In this document: piece after piece, positions 59,866 to 64,000 of the stretch
How positions within the stretch are numbered: the stretch's first letter is position 1
Layout of the letters: each line of letters begins with the position of its first letter
Source: Candidatus Multivoradales bacterium
GTDB taxonomy: Bacteria > Acidobacteriota > Thermoanaerobaculia > Multivoradales > JAHEKO01
Direction of reading: 5' to 3'
Assembly: GCA_965248055.1 (NCBI GenBank)
Contig: CBDFIJ010000004.1
Location: forward strand, 992,001-1,056,000
Length of the DNA: 64,000 nt
The notes under the pieces: model-generated
Databases searched by the model: none
What the model was told of the DNA's origin: nothing
The model's input: the letters and a program-made list of their open reading frames with translations, nothing else
Program-made: the position numbers and the translations under genes

Positions 59866-60465
59866 CTATCGCGAGTAGTACTCGATGACCAACTGCACTT
59901 CGCAAATCACCGGCACTTCATCGCGCGGCGGCAGATGCTGCAGAGTGGTCTCGTAGCCGGATTCGGCGACGGAAAGATACGGCGGCAAGGTCACAGCGAC
60001 GCGGTTCTCGTTGAACATGCGTAGCTTCTGGCTCTTTTCGCGGATCGACACGACATCGTTGGTACCCACCTGGTAGGAAGGAATATCGACCTTCTTGCCG
60101 TTGACCATGATGTGGCCATGACCCACGAACTGACGCGCTGCGTAAATCGTCGGGGCAAAGCCGGCGCGATGAACCACCGAATCCAGGCGAGTCTCCAGCA
60201 ACATGATCAAGTTGTCGCCAACGACACCCTTCATCGAGCTGGCCTTCTTAAAGTAGTTGCCCATCTGGCGCTCGGAAACGTTGTACTGAAAGCGTACCCG
60301 TTGCTTCTCCAACAACTGCATTCCGTAGTTGGACATCCGGCGACGACGACGCATGCCGTGCTGCCCTGGCGGATAAGGCTTCCGTTCGCGATACTTTTCC
60401 GCTTTGGTGGTTAGCGCAATACCCAGTTTGCGCGACAGGCGGACTTTGGGGCCGTTATTCTTCAC
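59866..60465 (-). CDS. rpsD: 30S ribosomal protein S4
   Basis: PPGQHG, LLEKQRVRFQY, LETRLD, ARQFVGHGH, VDIPSY, IEYYSR. Confidence 0.97.
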   Translation of the reverse strand: MKNNGPKVRLSRKLGIALTTKAEKYRERKPYPPGQHGMRRRRRMSNYGMQLLEKQRVRFQYNVSERQMGNYFKKASSMKGVVGDNLIMLLETRLDSVVHRAGFAPTIYAARQFVGHGHIMVNGKKVDIPSYQVGTNDVVSIREKSQKLRMFNENRVAVTLPPYLSVAESGYETTLQHLPPRDEVPVICEVQLVIEYYSR

Positions 60466-60629
60466 TCGATCCTCCGTGATCGGGGTGCAACCCGATCGTC
60501 TCCTACTTCTAGCCAGTTCCTCGCAACTCGTTCTTCTGATAGACGGGGTTTACGGACAGGCAACAAACGCGCTCGAAAATCGAGCGCGCAAGAACGGGGA
60601 TTTTCCTTCGAATCGTGTTGGATTGTCAA
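60466..60629 (-). promoter_or_regulatory. rpsD promoter and structured 5' leader (candidate S4 autoregulatory RNA)
   Basis: TTGACA at 60629-60624, hairpin 60567-60589, CCGTAAAC motif, hairpin 60478-60497 next to GGAGG. Confidence 0.45.
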
Positions 60630-60736
60630 TCGGAAAGGTTGATTGGGAATTCATGCGACTGGCTGAGCCACAGCCTCACCACACAGCAACCCTCGCTCTC
60701 TTGGGTGGTGAGGCTGGACCCGTCCGTTTCTCCAAC

Positions 60737-60922
60737 CAGATCCCGGCCCCCCAGCCCTCACACCCGCCGGGATGACGAAGGGTGCGCCCGCCGGGGTGAT
60801 TCATCGGCGTCATCCCCGAAGGGAGGGGGTTCTGAGGGTCGGGGATCTCTCAAGCGAAGGGGGCACACCGACGGATTACGTACTTGACTGAGATCCCGAC
60901 CCACAACCCACGCCGGGATGAC
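60737..60922. repeat. CGTC-type REP-like palindromes (1.5 units)
   Basis: AGATCCCGGCCCC...CGCCGGGATGAC and CGTCATCCCCGAAGGG...CGCCGGGATGAC. Confidence 0.85.
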
Positions 60923-60980
60923 GAAAATAATCGACTCGATGAATTCGCGATCCGTCCCTGGCGACGGCAGGTGTCGACAC

Positions 60981-62105
60981 CTAGGCGACGACGTTTAATC
61001 GCGGCGACGCCAACCCTTGGTGCTCGGGGGTCAACGCGTGATGGTACTGCTCGGCCAACGGTGTGGTGTCGTCGCGAGTGACCATGCGTTCGTAGAGGTT
61101 GGTGCGCTGTTTGGGCTGATAGCCGGCGGCGCGGATCAGATGCTCCATTTCCTCTTGGCTCATTTGATAGGCGGTACCGGCCGCTGAAACGACATTTTCT
61201 TCAATCATGATCGAGCCCATGTCGTCGGCGCCAAACTGCAGGCCGAGCTGGCCAATCTTCTTGCCCTGGGTCACCCAACTGGCCTGAATGTGCTGGATGT
61301 TGTCGATGAACAAACGCGATACCGCCAAAGTACGCAGATACTCGTGGGCGTAGGTCTCCGGGATATCCTGCATGTCGGTGTGGTCGTGCTGGAAGGTCCA
61401 AGAAATGAAGGCGGTAAAGCCACCGGTCTCGTCCTGCAGATCGCGAATCCGCTGCATGTGCTCGACCCGCGATTCCACCGGCTCGCCCATGCCGTACATC
61501 ATGGTCGCCGAGGTTCTGAGCCTGTTCTTGTGCGCCTGGCGCATGATGTCGATCCACTCCTCAGACGAGCACTTAGGGTAGGCCAAGGTCTCCTTGCGGA
61601 TCTCGTCTTCAAGGATTTCGGCACCACCGCCGGGGATCGAATCCAGGCCAGCGTCTTTTAAAGCGGCCATCACGTCATAAAACGACATCCGTTCTTTCTT
61701 GGCAATGAACTTCACCTCAGGCGGTGAGAAGGCGTGCAGGTGAACCGCCGGATAGGCGTCGCGTAGACGGCTGAGCAGATCGGTGTAGTACGAAAGCGGC
61801 AGATCAGGATGCACCCCACCCTGCATCAAGATCCCGGTACCGTGCAGCGCCAACGTCTCCTCCACCTTCTTGGCAATCTCCTCGAACGGCAACAAGTACC
61901 CTTCGGGATCTCCCGGCTCACGATAGAAGGCGCAAAAACGACACTTGTAGACGCAAATGTTGGTGTAGTTGATGTTGCGATCGATGTTGTAGGTCGCAAC
62001 CTCGGGGTCGTTTTGGTTGTTGCGAACCCCATTCGCCCGCATCCCGAGATCGATCAGATCGCCGGTTTGTAGCAGGTCAAGAGCTGTTTCTGGGGTCATG
62101 CGCAT
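60981..62105 (-). CDS. mqnC: Cyclic dehypoxanthine futalosine synthase (radical SAM)
   Basis: DRNINYTNICVYKCRFCAFYR, MQGG.HP, PGGGAEIL, DMGSIMIEENVV. Confidence 0.93.
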   Translation of the reverse strand: MRMTPETALDLLQTGDLIDLGMRANGVRNNQNDPEVATYNIDRNINYTNICVYKCRFCAFYREPGDPEGYLLPFEEIAKKVEETLALHGTGILMQGGVHPDLPLSYYTDLLSRLRDAYPAVHLHAFSPPEVKFIAKKERMSFYDVMAALKDAGLDSIPGGGAEILEDEIRKETLAYPKCSSEEWIDIMRQAHKNRLRTSATMMYGMGEPVESRVEHMQRIRDLQDETGGFTAFISWTFQHDHTDMQDIPETYAHEYLRTLAVSRLFIDNIQHIQASWVTQGKKIGQLGLQFGADDMGSIMIEENVVSAAGTAYQMSQEEMEHLIRAAGYQPKQRTNLYERMVTRDDTTPLAEQYHHALTPEHQGLASPRLNVVA

Positions 62106-62164
62106 GTTGGCTCCAGCATCAAGACGCCTACTCTAGCGGTTCGTAGAAATTCAGTGAACCGCTG

Positions 62165-62671
62165 CTATGGCCTCTTCGACAAGGAAGCTCCATCCTGCCT
62201 GGCCGACCACCATGCTGAGAGGCCTTCGGAGTAGCGAAATACCATCCAACCCAAGACCACTCCGACAAGCACTTGAACGTAGTAGCTCCAATCCTCGGCG
62301 AACGTTTTGGCCAACAACGAACGGCGAGAACCTTCCAAGAGCCAAGAGATTCTTGCAGCCTCCACAACCAAAGTGGGCACAAAACGTAGCAGGAAAATGA
62401 GTCCAAGCACAGAAAACGCGATTGGCTGCAGTCGTGCCCAACCGATTTCCAGTTGTCTTTCAGCTAGATCCGAAAACATCACGCGATAGACCCACCCGGT
62501 ACCGACCAGGAGAATTAGCCCAAGTGTCGCTCGTACAACAGGGCCGACGGTAAGCCAGCCGCCACCATCGATGCCTATCACCGCAATCTGCATCGCTTGT
62601 TCTATGCCAGTCAGCAGCCACACCATGCCGAGAATCCGTAGGACGACAAAGATGGCTTCTTTGGTGCTCAT
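62165..62671 (-). CDS. Hypothetical membrane protein (about 4 TM)
   Basis: ATG 62671 MSTKEAIFVVLRILG with GGAGG upstream. Confidence 0.7.
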   Translation of the reverse strand: MSTKEAIFVVLRILGMVWLLTGIEQAMQIAVIGIDGGGWLTVGPVVRATLGLILLVGTGWVYRVMFSDLAERQLEIGWARLQPIAFSVLGLIFLLRFVPTLVVEAARISWLLEGSRRSLLAKTFAEDWSYYVQVLVGVVLGWMVFRYSEGLSAWWSARQDGASLSKRP

Positions 62672-62699
62672 TGTTTCGTGTGACCCTCCAACATCCGTT

Positions 62700-63437
62700 T
62701 CAGAAAGGCAACGCTTGGTAGACCACTCCCGCCCGCAATCCTCCCCGTTCATCCAACGGCCCTCCGGCATTACTGTAGTTGACCGGGACCGCGTTGGCTT
62801 TGGCGAAGTTGCGGCTGCGAAAAACTTCGAAGTGCAGATGCGGGAAGCCGCCGGTATTGCCCGAGGCGCCGTTGGATCCGAGCATCTGTCCCTGACTGAC
62901 CCTGTCGCCGACTGCCACCACCACCGACCCTTGCTGCAGATGGGTGTAGCGCACCACGCTGCCATCGTCGTGTTCGACGAAGACGTTGTTCTCATTGCCC
63001 TCGGTGTGGTCACTGTCGGAGAACTGGTCATTAGCGATGATCACCTCACCGGGACGAGAAGTGGTGATCGGTGAGCCCATCGGCAGAGCAAAATCATAGG
63101 CAAAGGTGCCCTGATGGCCGCCCGAAGGGTTGCAGTAGGACTGGGTCACTTCCCAGGCTTGGCCGACCGGATAGGGCAAGACGTAGGGAGAAGCTGCCGG
63201 ATCGCCAAAGATCGCACGGACGAGGCAAGCTTGAAGATCGTTGGCGGGAGCGGTGGGGCTGGAAGATCCACTGCACCCGGCCAGGAAACCTAGCCCCGTT
63301 AGCGCGAGCCCCAATGCCAGTACCGTTGCCCGTACCGTTGCAAGCACCCTTGTCAGCGCCATCCCCAGAGCCATTGCCGGAGTCACAGTCTGCGCCACCC
63401 CCAAGACCGTCGAAGATTTCCGTTGCCTATTCCACAT
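62700..63437 (-). CDS. M23 family metallopeptidase, probable lipoprotein
   Basis: LAGC lipobox, H....YDF, YTHL, PHLHFEV; start uncertain. Confidence 0.85.
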   Translation of the reverse strand: MWNRQRKSSTVLGVAQTVTPAMALGMALTRVLATVRATVLALGLALTGLGFLAGCSGSSSPTAPANDLQACLVRAIFGDPAASPYVLPYPVGQAWEVTQSYCNPSGGHQGTFAYDFALPMGSPITTSRPGEVIIANDQFSDSDHTEGNENNVFVEHDDGSVVRYTHLQQGSVVVAVGDRVSQGQMLGSNGASGNTGGFPHLHFEVFRSRNFAKANAVPVNYSNAGGPLDERGGLRAGVVYQALPF

Positions 63438-63566
63438 CGCAGGGACGTTACCGCACTGGGGCAGCCCGGTAGAGATTTTCACTTCCATGGAGCTGGTCGT
63501 TTGACCGGGGCCATCTGCATCTGCGCTGTCTGCATTAGGGGGGCTGTCTATCGATAGGATGAGGGG

Positions 63567-64000
63567 ATGAAGCGTCCATGGTCAAGATTCTTCGTAACTG
63601 CTGCGTTGTTGTACGAACTCACCGCCGACGCAGCTCTGTTTTCGCAACAACCACCGGAACAGCCGTTGGGCATTGATGTCTCGCACCATTCGGGAGCGGT
63701 CGATTGGAAAGCGGTACATGCCGATGGCTACGATTTTGTCTACTTGAAAGCCACCGAAGGCGTGGACGCCGCGGACCCCACCTTCAGACAACGTTGGGCC
63801 GCACTCGGACAACTCGACCTAGCTCGAGGGGCTTATCATTTCTACGTCACCGAAGACGACCCAAAGCAACAAGCGGAGTTCTTTCTCTCCCAGGTCAACC
63901 ACCAAGCAGGCGATCTGATCCCGGTGGTGGATATCGAAATGATCGGCCACGGCACCACCGGCGACCTAGTCAAAAAGCTGCATATTTTTCTCGACCTCGT
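63567..64000 (+). CDS. GH25 lysozyme (partial, runs off the window; not in the ORF track)
   Basis: MKRPWSRFF...GIDVSHH...VDW...YLKATEG...RGAYHFY...PVVDIE. Confidence 0.9.
   Translation, partial: MKRPWSRFFVTAALLYELTADAALFSQQPPEQPLGIDVSHHSGAVDWKAVHADGYDFVYLKATEGVDAADPTFRQRWAALGQLDLARGAYHFYVTEDDPKQQAEFFLSQVNHQAGDLIPVVDIEMIGHGTTGDLVKKLHIFLDL

Noticed and set aside
1-64000. Long antisense ORFs overlapping carA, carB, dnaK, the acyl-CoA dehydrogenase and BMC genes; tRNA or rRNA genes
   Set aside because: The antisense ORFs are shadows expected from high-GC codon bias; no tRNA cloverleaf or rRNA signature was seen by eye (tRNAscan-SE and barrnap would confirm).

Overview
GC-rich bacterial chromosome segment. 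Gene content suggests Acidobacteriota (inference only, from MIGxxLSHYxI-type kinase starts, a MacB/ADOP-like permease, futalosine mqnC and hspR next to dnaK). Housekeeping genes include pncB-nadE, dinB, aroF-carA-lolC/E-carB-fumC, dnaK-hspR, ggt, mazG, rpsD and mqnC. The main accessory features are: (1) a bacterial microcompartment operon of the sugar-phosphate-utilisation type (rpiB, deoC, acylating aldehyde dehydrogenase, 1 BMC-H, 2 BMC-T, 3 BMC-P), where RpiB appears to carry an unannotated encapsulation peptide translated from a CTG start and DeoC has a Cys-rich N-terminal module; (2) an unannotated 26-aa ORF with its own near-consensus promoter and strong SD directly behind a MacAB-like exporter; (3) an AT-richer island with an OLD-type ATPase-TOPRIM nuclease divergent from a KTSC gene, a decayed B3 metallo-beta-lactamase and an AAA_14/DUF4143 ATPase; (4) three loci where accessory genes sit between duplicated gene termini mixed with REP-like palindromes; (5) long tandem arrays of CGTC-type palindromic repeats, two of them bracketing a PD-(D/E)xK nuclease-DinG helicase fusion; (6) many apparently leaderless genes. 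I saw no rRNA, tRNA, CRISPR array or intact transposase. All calls are from reading the sequence; no database searches were run.
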